Positions 1-7,884 of a stretch of 64,000 bases of DNA are shown in pieces; the first letter of the stretch is position 1, and each line of letters begins with the position of its first letter. The notes beneath the pieces were generated by a model. The model had not been told where the DNA came from. It did not search any database and saw only the letters and a program-made list of their open reading frames with translations. The translations under genes and the position numbers were made by a program. This stretch comes from an uncultured Chloroflexia bacterium (GTDB lineage Bacteria > Chloroflexota > Limnocylindria > Limnocylindrales > CSP1-4), in NCBI GenBank assembly GCA_963766735.1, contig CAVYBU010000004.1, forward strand, positions 128,001 to 192,000, in the 5' to 3' direction.

Positions 1-775
1 CCGAACGGGCGGCCGGCCGGGATCGGACCTCGTCCAGGAATGCCAGGGAGCGGGCATCCCGCTCCAGCGCGATCCGCATGAAATCGCGCATCGCGCCCTC
101 AACCTCGCGTTCGATCGCACCGGTCAGGCGAAGCGCGGCGATGGCCTCGATGTCCAGGCGCTGGTACGCCTTCAGGAGCTTCAGCGCGTCAAGGCTCAGG
201 CTGGCGCGATCTGCCGGCGGGCCGGGGCAGCGGTCGCACAGGACGCCGCCGAGGGGCGGGACCCAGCGGAACGAGCCGGTGGCCTCGAGCATCCGGTCGC
301 ACTCGACGCAGCGATCCACCTCGGGGCGCTGGCCCAGCTCGTCGGCGAGGTGCATCTCGTACCAGCGCGCAACGCGCCCCGGGGCCATGCCGGCATCCAG
401 CAGCTCATAGGCACGGCGCAGGAGCGCGTACAGGGGCTCCGCCTCGTGACGCTCCTCGAGACTCCGATCCGCCAGCTCCGCGATGTACCAGGCGGTGGCG
501 GCGCTCTCCAGTGAGTCCCGGAGGTTCAGCCAGGCGTGCCCGACACGGACCTCGGTCACCACGTCGAACGTGCGGCCGCGGGCAAGCCCCACGTTGAGCT
601 CCGCGAACGGCTCCAGCGAGCCGCCGAGCCGAGAGGTCGGCCGGCGGACGCCCTTGGCGATGATCCGGATCTTGCCGTGCTCCGGGGTGATCATCGTCAG
701 GACGCGATCCGCCTCGCCCAGGTCGAATCTGGACAGGACGATGCCATCGGTGACATAGCGGCGCGGGGCGGGCAC
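1..775 (-). CDS. recO: DNA repair protein RecO (3' end runs off the window)
   Basis: Translated by hand because it is not in the ORF track. GTG at 775 gives MPAPRRYVTDGIVLSRFDLGEADRVLTMITPEHGKIRIIAKGVRRPTSRLGGSLEPF, the RecO N-terminal OB fold. No stop codon was seen in the stretches read, including the end at base 1. Confidence 0.93.
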   Translation of the reverse strand, partial: MPAPRRYVTDGIVLSRFDLGEADRVLTMITPEHGKIRIIAKGVRRPTSRLGGSLEPFAELNVGLARGRTFDVVTEVRVGHAWLNLRDSLESAATAWYIAELADRSLEERHEAEPLYALLRRAYELLDAGMAPGRVARWYEMHLADELGQRPEVDRCVECDRMLEATGSFRWVPPLGGVLCDRCPGPPADRASLSLDALKLLKAYQRLDIEAIAALRLTGAIEREVEGAMRDFMRIALERDARSLAFLDEVRSRPAARS

Positions 776-945
776 GATCCGACGGTAGCACTCGCGACGG
801 GCGGCGTCAGGGTGCGCGCGGGCCGACGGCAGCACTCGCGGCGGGGGCTGGGGGCCAGTGCGATCCGGGGCCGGCGGGGGCGGACGGTCAGGATTCGGGC
901 GGCGCGATGATCAGCGGCGCGACGTGCCCCGCCATGCCCTGCCGG

Positions 946-1680
946 TCACCCCGTGCCGGGGAGCGGCGCCTCCCTCGCCAGGCGAACAGCCTCTGCGGCC
1001 CCGCCTCGGAAAGCATCACCGTGCCCGGGCAGCACCAGCGAAGCCTCGACGGACTCCAGCCTCGAGAGCGACGCCAGCGCCTGCTCTGCATCCGCCGAGA
1101 ACGGCGCCACCTGCGGTCCGCTCCGGCCTGTCGGGACGGCATAGGTGCACATCGCATCTCCAACGAAGAGCGTGTCGTGACCCGGGAAGTGGAGCGCCGC
1201 GCTGCCGGATGTGTGCCCCGGGACGTGGATGACGCGCGGTGCCCCCGGTACGTCCAGCGTGGCGCCGTCGCCATACGAGGCCACCTCGCCCAGGTGCGGG
1301 ACGCGCATCAGCCCATGCCGCAACGCCCACCACCCGAAGCGCAGCATCGGCCCGATCTTCATCGCGCCGCCGCCCGCCGAGGGGTTCGGCACCTCGCCGC
1401 GCGCGAGGGCGGCATCCACCTCGTGCACCCACACCGGCCAGCCCCGCTCGCGGCGCGCGCGCTCGGCGAACCCCACGTGATCGCTGTGGCCGTGGGTCAG
1501 GACGATGGCGCGCACGTCATCGAGGGTCCGGCCCATCGTCGCCAGCTCCGGCACAAGGTGCCTCCAGAGCCCGGGCGCGCCGGCATCGATGATGGTGACC
1601 TCGCCCGATTCCTCCAGGAGGTATGCGTTGACGATGCTGTCCCCGCCAACGCGGCGGATCCGGGGGGCGATCTCTGCCAT
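946..1680 (-). CDS. Metallo-beta-lactamase-fold hydrolase (glyoxalase II-like)
   Basis: THGHSDH (HxHxDH), PGHT, GDA and PGHG motifs. ATG at 1680 lies 6 nt after a TATCCT -10 box. Confidence 0.9.
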   Translation of the reverse strand: MAEIAPRIRRVGGDSIVNAYLLEESGEVTIIDAGAPGLWRHLVPELATMGRTLDDVRAIVLTHGHSDHVGFAERARRERGWPVWVHEVDAALARGEVPNPSAGGGAMKIGPMLRFGWWALRHGLMRVPHLGEVASYGDGATLDVPGAPRVIHVPGHTSGSAALHFPGHDTLFVGDAMCTYAVPTGRSGPQVAPFSADAEQALASLSRLESVEASLVLPGHGDAFRGGAAEAVRLAREAPLPGTG

Positions 1681-1784
1681 TCGTGGAGGATATCGGACCG
1701 GGTTCGCCCTCCCACGTCCCTCCTCCGCCAACAGGCTACTCTCGGCGAACACGTTTGGCCCGGAAGCGGCTACACTCACCAACC

Positions 1785-2807
1785 ATGACCGTGTCGAACG
1801 ACATCGACCTCGCCCTGCTCCTCGCCGACACCGAGACGGAGATCCTCCGCGTCGTCGGCAACCGGGACGCCTCCACCGTCGGCGTGTACGAGATGATCCG
1901 GTACCACCTCGGGCTGGACGGATCGACGGGCCCGCGCGGCAAGCGGATGCGCCCCCTGCTGGGGCTCCTGGCGTACGCGTCCATCGCGGGCGACCACGCC
2001 GCCGCCCTGCCGGGCGCCGCGGCCGTGGAGCTGGGCCACAACTTCAGCCTCGTCCATGACGACATCGAGGACGGCGACGTCGAGCGGCGCCACCGAGCCA
2101 CGCTCTGGGCGATCCACGGCGTGCCCCAGGCGATCAACACGGGCGACCTGATCTTCAGCCTGAGTCGTGTCGCGCTCCACCGCCTCACGGATCTTGGCTT
2201 CAGCGACGCGAAGGTCCTCCGGCTCATGCGCCTCTACGACGAGACGTGCGTGATGCTGTGCGAGGGCCAGTACATCGACATCGCGACGTCGGGATCCGAC
2301 CAGCCGATGACGGTCGGGCTCTACTTCGACATGATCGGCCGCAAGACCGCGGCTCTCATCTCCGCCTCCATCGAGGCCGGGGCACTGCTCGCCACGGACG
2401 ACGAGGCGATCATCACCGGCTACCGCCGGTTCGGGTGGTCGCTGGGCCTGGCGTTCCAGCTCAACGACGACCTGCTGGGCATCTGGGGACAGGAGCAGAA
2501 CACGGGCAAGGTGCCCACGGACGTGGCGCGCCACAAGAAGACGCTGCCGGTGCTGTACGCATTCGAGAACGCTGCACCCGCCGAGCGAGACCGCCTGGCC
2601 ACCCTGTACGCGATCGCCGACCCGACCGGCGCGCAGATCGAGGAGATCGTCACGATCCTGGAGCAGTCCGGCGCCCGGGACTTCACCCGCGCGGAGGCAC
2701 ATCGCCACCGCGACGCGTGCCTGGCCGAGCTCGATGGGCTGGACGTGATCGGCGATGCGGCGCGCGAGCGCCTGCGCGGGATCATCCACACGGTGATCAG
2801 CGCCTAG
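1785..2807 (+). CDS. Polyprenyl (GGPP/FPP-type) diphosphate synthase
   Basis: GKRMRP, first Asp-rich motif HDDIEDGD..RR, GQ, KT and FQLNDDLLG. This is the only plus-strand gene in the window. Confidence 0.93.
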   Translation: MTVSNDIDLALLLADTETEILRVVGNRDASTVGVYEMIRYHLGLDGSTGPRGKRMRPLLGLLAYASIAGDHAAALPGAAAVELGHNFSLVHDDIEDGDVERRHRATLWAIHGVPQAINTGDLIFSLSRVALHRLTDLGFSDAKVLRLMRLYDETCVMLCEGQYIDIATSGSDQPMTVGLYFDMIGRKTAALISASIEAGALLATDDEAIITGYRRFGWSLGLAFQLNDDLLGIWGQEQNTGKVPTDVARHKKTLPVLYAFENAAPAERDRLATLYAIADPTGAQIEEIVTILEQSGARDFTRAEAHRHRDACLAELDGLDVIGDAARERLRGIIHTVISA

Positions 2808-2808
2808 A

Positions 2809-3645
2809 TCAGGCCTCGTCCCTGGGCGACGCCTCCGAGTTCGGCGATGCGGCGGGCGACGCCTCCGCGGGTGACAGCTCCGAGGGAGAGGGCGCCGAGA
2901 GCGCCAGCCGATCGACCGGCGTCACCAGGATCCCCATCTGGCTGCGGAGCTCGCCCAGCCGCACGTCCGTCTCGGCCTGTCGCTGGGCCTCCTCGATCTC
3001 GAGCATCTGCATGTCGACGTTGGCGCCACTGATCTCCGTCATGGCCTGGGCGGCGGCCAGCCGCCGGTCGATCTTGTCGCTCACCTCTTCGAGCGTCGGG
3101 GAGTCACTCTCCACCGATGCCGTGAGCTGGCGCATCGCCGCGTTCATCTGCTCCTGCATCTCCGCCTGATCGAGCCTGCTCAGCAGCGATTCCCGCACCG
3201 CGAGCCTCTTCTGCAACGCCATCGAGCTGGTTCTCACGGCCTGCTTCGCGCGATCGGAGGCGGCGGTGGCATCCAGCAGGGACCGCTTGAGCGACTCGAT
3301 TTCGCGTTCCAGGGCGATCTGGCGGGCGACGAACGACTCGGCAGCCTGGGTGAGGCTCGCGACCTTCGAGGCGTCGCCGGCCCTTTCGGCCTGATCGGCC
3401 AGCAGGACCGCCTGTCGAGCCGATGCCGTCACGCGCCCGTACTCCTCGATCGACCTGTCCAGTCGGGCCTGGAGCTGGACCTGGTTCGCGACCACGTTGG
3501 CCGCCTGCTCTGTGAGCAGGCGGTGTTGTTCGCGCGCCTCTCCGATCGCCTGCTCCAGCTGCACTTTCGGGTCAGCGATCTCCTCCAGCTGCATGCCCAG
3601 CTTGGTCCCCAGATACCGCCACCATCGACGGATCGCCTTCAGCAT
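2809..3645 (-). CDS. pspA: PspA/IM30 (bacterial ESCRT-III) family protein, actinobacterial type
   Basis: N-terminal amphipathic helix MLKAIRRWWRYLG, then ADPKVQLEQAI..A...H..L..QAA.V.ANQ.QL, coiled coils and PTLEEV.DKI.RR. From memory this closely resembles mycobacterial Rv2744c. Confidence 0.9.
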   Translation of the reverse strand: MLKAIRRWWRYLGTKLGMQLEEIADPKVQLEQAIGEAREQHRLLTEQAANVVANQVQLQARLDRSIEEYGRVTASARQAVLLADQAERAGDASKVASLTQAAESFVARQIALEREIESLKRSLLDATAASDRAKQAVRTSSMALQKRLAVRESLLSRLDQAEMQEQMNAAMRQLTASVESDSPTLEEVSDKIDRRLAAAQAMTEISGANVDMQMLEIEEAQRQAETDVRLGELRSQMGILVTPVDRLALSAPSPSELSPAEASPAASPNSEASPRDEA

Positions 3646-3682
3646 CGAGCCTGTCCTCTCTGTCGATTGCCACTCTCCGTGG

Positions 3683-5221
3683 TCACGGCCGGATCCTCCG
3701 GTGGCCGGATCCCGTGTTGGTCGGGCTGTGGCCCAGCAGCCGTTGCATGCCGTCGCGAGCTCCGCGGATCGCGACGCGGATGCCGTCGGCGGCACCGGAC
3801 AACGCGATGCGAAGCCGCTGCCGCGCGTCCGACAGCGAGCGGCGGAGCGACCGAGCAGCGCCCGAGATCGCCGCTGACAGAGCCCTCGCCGCGGCCGCCA
3901 GCACCCTCGCCGCGGCCACGACTGGCGGCCGGATTGCTGACAGCGCCGAGCCTACGATCCGCCGGGCGGCACGGCCCGTGACCACGAACGCAACGATGAT
4001 GACGAGCAGCATCGTTCGCACTGCCCGGAGGGCCGGTGCGATGAGCCCGTCCATGACGAGACGTGATGTCCTCGCGATGAACCCGACAGCCCTGGAGACG
4101 GCCGCAGCCAGGGCGGAGGCTACGCGGCGGGTCGTAGCGGCCATAGCGCGGAAGGCGGCCACGAGCCCCTGGGTCGCGAGGCGGAACGGCGGCCCGAGGA
4201 CGAGCGCGATCGCCCGGGCCGTCGACCTGAGGGCATGCGCCGTGGCAAACACCATCGCCCGGATCAAGACGCCCGCGAAATGGAAGGTCATGCGCAGGGC
4301 CAGAACCCCGGCCAGGAACGCGACCAAGGCACGCGCGAGGAGCCGTCCGACAGTTCGGCCGGACACCCTTGCCACCGGGCGAAGCGCGACGAGCAGGCGA
4401 ATCAGGCTCCTTCCAGCCAGGCGGAAACCGACGGCCAGGCCATGACCAACAGCGCGGAGGACGTCCGCGAACCCGTGGGCAGCGACCCGCAGGACGGCGG
4501 CGATACGGCGTCCGAGCTCGGCGAGGACGTGGCCGGCGGCGCGGAGGACGTCCGCGAACGCGTGGGCAGCGACCCGCAGGACGGCGGCGATGCGGCGTCC
4601 GAGCTCGGCGAGGACGTGGCCGGCGGCGCGGACTGGCCGGGCAAGCTGGTGAGCGATCGCCTTGAGCACGACCACCAGGCGGCGGCCGAGCTCGGCGAGG
4701 ACATGGCCGGCGGCGCGGAGGACGTCTGCGGTCGCGTGGCCGGCGGCGCGCAGCACGGCGGCGACCCGCCTGCCGAATTCGGCAAGAACGTGGCCCAGCG
4801 CGCGGATAGGCCGGGCAACCTGGTGAGCGATGGCCTTGAGCACGACAACGAGGCGGCGGCCGAGCTCGGCGAGGACATGGCCGGCGGCGCGCAGCACGTC
4901 GGCCGCGGCGTGGCCGACGGCGCGCAGGACCGCGGCGACCCTCCGCCCGAGCTTGGCGAGCACGTTCCCGACCGCACGCAGGACGTCCTCAGCCGCGCGG
5001 CCAACCGCGAGGGCACCGGCCGCCACGCGTCGTATCGCGACCTCGGCAACCTTGACCAAGGTCTCCATGGTCCAGGCAACGCCATGCAGCGTTGCCCGGA
5101 CGATCCAGCGAGCCGAGAGGTAGCCGGCGACGAAGGGCATCATCAGCCAGACCAGAGGGCCGCTTGTCGCACGCGGCACCACCACCGGGGATCGCTCCCC
5201 CGCTCCTTCCTCAGGCAACAT
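3683..5221 (-). CDS. 512-aa Ala/Val/Arg-rich amphipathic helical-repeat membrane protein of unknown function
   Basis: ATG at 5221 overlaps the upstream gene's end by 11 nt. Third codon positions are GC-rich on the minus strand. Contains seven 29-aa repeats and 2-3 hydrophobic segments. Confidence 0.8.
   Translation of the reverse strand: MLPEEGAGERSPVVVPRATSGPLVWLMMPFVAGYLSARWIVRATLHGVAWTMETLVKVAEVAIRRVAAGALAVGRAAEDVLRAVGNVLAKLGRRVAAVLRAVGHAAADVLRAAGHVLAELGRRLVVVLKAIAHQVARPIRALGHVLAEFGRRVAAVLRAAGHATADVLRAAGHVLAELGRRLVVVLKAIAHQLARPVRAAGHVLAELGRRIAAVLRVAAHAFADVLRAAGHVLAELGRRIAAVLRVAAHGFADVLRAVGHGLAVGFRLAGRSLIRLLVALRPVARVSGRTVGRLLARALVAFLAGVLALRMTFHFAGVLIRAMVFATAHALRSTARAIALVLGPPFRLATQGLVAAFRAMAATTRRVASALAAAVSRAVGFIARTSRLVMDGLIAPALRAVRTMLLVIIVAFVVTGRAARRIVGSALSAIRPPVVAAARVLAAAARALSAAISGAARSLRRSLSDARQRLRIALSGAADGIRVAIRGARDGMQRLLGHSPTNTGSGHRRIRP
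4424..5032 (-). repeat. Seven in-frame 87-bp tandem repeats (29 aa; consensus RRVAAVLRAxGHAxADVLRAAGHVLAELG)
   Basis: 87-bp period visible directly (aggacgtggccggcggcgcg at 4524 and 4611). Units 2-3 and 4-5 form a higher-order 174-bp duplication. Confidence 0.92.
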
Positions 5222-6032
5222 CTTCCGGGTTCCCGCTTCGCAGGCGCGTCCGGAGCCGCTCGAGCTCGTCCACCGCGCCGACGCCCGTCCCCGCCTCGAG
5301 CTCCTCGCGTGCTCTCGCCACGGCTGCCGCACGTTCGCGAGCACCCTCGGTGACGTCGGTGTCATCGCGCATCCTCGCGCGCTGCCACGCACGGCTCCCC
5401 CGGACGATCTGGGCGGTGAGATCACGGATCGCCCGTGTCCGGCGCTCGACGTACTCGCGCTCCTCGTCGCTGAGCGGCGGCCTCCCATCGAGCAGCGAGG
5501 CGACCTCGAGCAGCGCGGCGTGCCCCGCCTCGAGGGCCGCGGAGCTCACGGGCACGCCCGGAAGGCTGGCCGCGTGCTGGAGCGAGTCGTATGACCCCAC
5601 GAGCGCCCCGACGGTCGCGTCCGAGGCATCGAGCGCATGGCCGGCTCGAAGCACGCGACGCCTGCGCCGCACGATCCGGCGCTCGCGTGCCGCCCGGACG
5701 ATGCTGCGGGCCGGGAGCGCGACACCCAGCACGATCGCGACGATGCCGATGATGAACCAGGGGCCGGCACCTCCGGTCAGCCATGACCACAGCACCAGGG
5801 CGATGCCTCCGCCCACGAGGACGACATCGAACAGCCCGGGGCCCTCATCGGTACTCGGTCCGAATACCTCGTCGATGATCACGTCGAGGTCGTCGCCCCT
5901 GGCGGCGCCGACGTCATCGAGGACACGGAGGGGACCGGGCGTCCTGGGGACCACGACGATCTGCCGTTCGGGTGAACCGTTCGCCGACCGATCCTCGTCC
6001 TCGCCAGACTGCCGCGCGTCGTGGCCCGTCAT
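5211..6032 (-). CDS. Hypothetical protein with two adjacent TM helices and a helical cytoplasmic domain (possible PspM-like anchor)
   Basis: Hydrophobic hairpin VVLVGGGIALVLWSWL / WFIIGIVAIVLGVAL followed by an Arg-rich stretch. SD-like GAGGGTGG upstream. First gene of the pspA locus. Confidence 0.75.
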   Translation of the reverse strand: MTGHDARQSGEDEDRSANGSPERQIVVVPRTPGPLRVLDDVGAARGDDLDVIIDEVFGPSTDEGPGLFDVVLVGGGIALVLWSWLTGGAGPWFIIGIVAIVLGVALPARSIVRAARERRIVRRRRRVLRAGHALDASDATVGALVGSYDSLQHAASLPGVPVSSAALEAGHAALLEVASLLDGRPPLSDEEREYVERRTRAIRDLTAQIVRGSRAWQRARMRDDTDVTEGARERAAAVARAREELEAGTGVGAVDELERLRTRLRSGNPEDVA

Positions 6033-6224
6033 CTGTCACCACCCTCAGCCGCTGGACGGCCGAAGCCGGACGCTTTCAAGCGCATGCTGAGCCCACAGGC
6101 GGGCACGTGACGAGGGCCCACGGACACCCGGTACGCATCTCCCAACGTCCGTCCCCGCCGCCCGTCCGTCCCGACCCGGCTGTGGGTCACTCCCCGTGTG
6201 GGATCGTCCCCGTGACACCAACGC

Positions 6225-6318
6225 GTGTCATCACCGGGGTGCTCACGCTCGGCTCGGGGGTCGAACCCCGGGTTCGGGACGCGAGTCACGCTCGTCCATC
6301 GCCCCGGTGACACATGGC
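6225..6318 (+). repeat. Conserved intergenic palindromic element, copy 1 (possible ncRNA or REP/MITE-like unit)
   Basis: 94 nt with 82/94 identities to 15057-15150 and no gaps. Ends are self-complementary (gtgtcatcaccggggtg / cgccccggtgacac). Confidence 0.85.
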
Positions 6319-6543
6319 GGGGTTGCGGGGGAGCGACGCGGAGTCGCGGGGTTGCGGTCGCGCGGGCGCGATGCGGCACGGGGAATGGGATGTGCGTCCG
6401 GACACCCGGTCGCCCGGGACCGCCGTCGATCGCTGGTCGGTGCATGACCGAATGACGCTCGTGCGCGGATTTCGTGACAGCGAATGCCGGAGGACCCCTG
6501 GGCCGCACCCCAGGGCCGGAATGTCGCTAGCGCCGGAGAGCCT

Positions 6544-7884
6544 CTACGACTCGTCCCCGCCGGCGACCGATTGATCGTCTGGGGCGTGCTCCAGCACGAC
6601 CATCACCTTGCCCACCCGCCGGCCGTCGGTCGTCTCCACCGTCATCCGAAGGCGTCCCAGCCGGATCTCGTCGCCCGGGCTGGGCACCCCGCCGATGCGG
6701 TGGTACACGAAGCCCCCGACCGTGTCGTACTCGTCCTCATCCTCGAGCGTGACCTTCATGTCCCAGAGGTCAAGCAGGTCGTCGATGGACGCGCGTCCGT
6801 CCACCCGGACGCGGTCCTCATCGAGCTGCTCGATGAGCGGCTCCTCTTCGTCGTACTCGTCCTGGATCTCACCCACGATCTCCTCCAGGAGATCCTCGAT
6901 GGTCACCAGGCCGGCGGTCCCGCCGTACTCGTCGAGCACGATCGCGAGGTGGACCTTTCGGCGCTGGAACTCGTGGAGCAGGTCGTCGATGGACATCGAC
7001 TCCGGCACAAAGACCGGGGTGCGCAACATCGTCCGCACGCTCGATCGGGCGGCCGCATCGGACTTGAGGAACGGGAGCAGGTCCTTGGCGTAGAGGATGC
7101 CCACGACCTCGTCCAGCGACTTGTCGTAGACGGGCACCCGCGAGTGCCCCTCCTCGATGATCGTGTCGATGGCGTCGTCGAAGGTGGCCGACGCGGGCAG
7201 CCCCACGATGGCGATCCGAGGGACCATGACCTCGTGTACGCGCCGGCTGCCGAGCTCGATGACCGCGTTGATCATCTGCTCCTCTTCGGCCTCCAGGATC
7301 CCCTGCTCGCCGCCGCGCTCCACGATGAGGCGCAGCTCGTCGGCCGTGATCTGGGCCTCCGAGGTGACCTCGGCACCGAACAGGCGTGTGATGGCGCGGG
7401 TGGCGGCCGTCAGGAACGCCACCAGGGGGCGGAGCGCCCGGCCGAGGATATCGACCGGTCCGGCGAGCCGCAGCGCGAAGATCTCCGGATGCGCGAGGGC
7501 GAGCGTCTTGGGCACGAGCTCGCCGAAGACGATTGTGAACAGCGACAGCAGGATCGTGACCAGGAGCAGCGAGAAGACGGCCGCGGGGCCCGAGTCCACG
7601 CCGACGCCGACCAGGACGTCGGACAACGCCACCGCCAGGCTGACGCCCGCGAAGGCCGAGGCGAGGAACCCGATGAACGTGATCGCGAGCTGGATGACCG
7701 CCAGGAAGCGACCGGGATCGTTGGTGAGACGGCGGACGCGCTTCGCCCCGCGGCGACCCTCGTCGACCAGCTGGTCTACCCGGCTCCGGCGCAGGGAGAC
7801 CAGCGCGATCTCGGCCGCCACGAACACCGCGTTGAGCATGACGAGCAGGACGATGAACCCGATCTCGAGCAGGGGGTTGCCCAT
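6544..7884 (-). CDS. HlyC/CorC (hemolysin/CNNM) family transporter with DUF21, CBS pair and CorC domains
   Basis: NAVFVAAEIAL, GELVPKTLA, VMVPR, HSRVPV, DEYGGTAGLVTIEDLLEEIVGEIQDEYD. Confidence 0.93.
   Translation of the reverse strand: MGNPLLEIGFIVLLVMLNAVFVAAEIALVSLRRSRVDQLVDEGRRGAKRVRRLTNDPGRFLAVIQLAITFIGFLASAFAGVSLAVALSDVLVGVGVDSGPAAVFSLLLVTILLSLFTIVFGELVPKTLALAHPEIFALRLAGPVDILGRALRPLVAFLTAATRAITRLFGAEVTSEAQITADELRLIVERGGEQGILEAEEEQMINAVIELGSRRVHEVMVPRIAIVGLPASATFDDAIDTIIEEGHSRVPVYDKSLDEVVGILYAKDLLPFLKSDAAARSSVRTMLRTPVFVPESMSIDDLLHEFQRRKVHLAIVLDEYGGTAGLVTIEDLLEEIVGEIQDEYDEEEPLIEQLDEDRVRVDGRASIDDLLDLWDMKVTLEDEDEYDTVGGFVYHRIGGVPSPGDEIRLGRLRMTVETTDGRRVGKVMVVLEHAPDDQSVAGGDES

Noticed and set aside
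781-845. TAGCACTC-like direct repeat upstream of recO, resembling a CIRCE half-site
   Set aside because: The copies are direct (about 44-45 nt apart), not the inverted N9 arrangement. The first copy is explained by the extended -10 box of recO.
4424-5032. CRISPR array
   Set aside because: The units are contiguous, in-frame coding repeats without unique spacers, and there are no cas genes.
4235-5353. 372-aa acidic repeat ORF on the + strand
   Set aside because: It is the antisense shadow of the repeat gene. The minus frame has GC-rich third positions and operon-style coupling with its neighbours.
6055-6078. SigW-like promoter (TGAAAG...CGTC) for the pspA locus
   Set aside because: The spacer is 14 nt, too short for the 16-nt consensus.
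6225-6318. Repeat element as a c-di-AMP (ydaO) riboswitch or tRNA fragment (CCCGAACCCG, GGTTCGA)
   Set aside because: It lacks GTCAGCTAAC, GGGGTGAATC and GCTGAA of ydaO and forms no cloverleaf. Wobble pairs favour the opposite strand.
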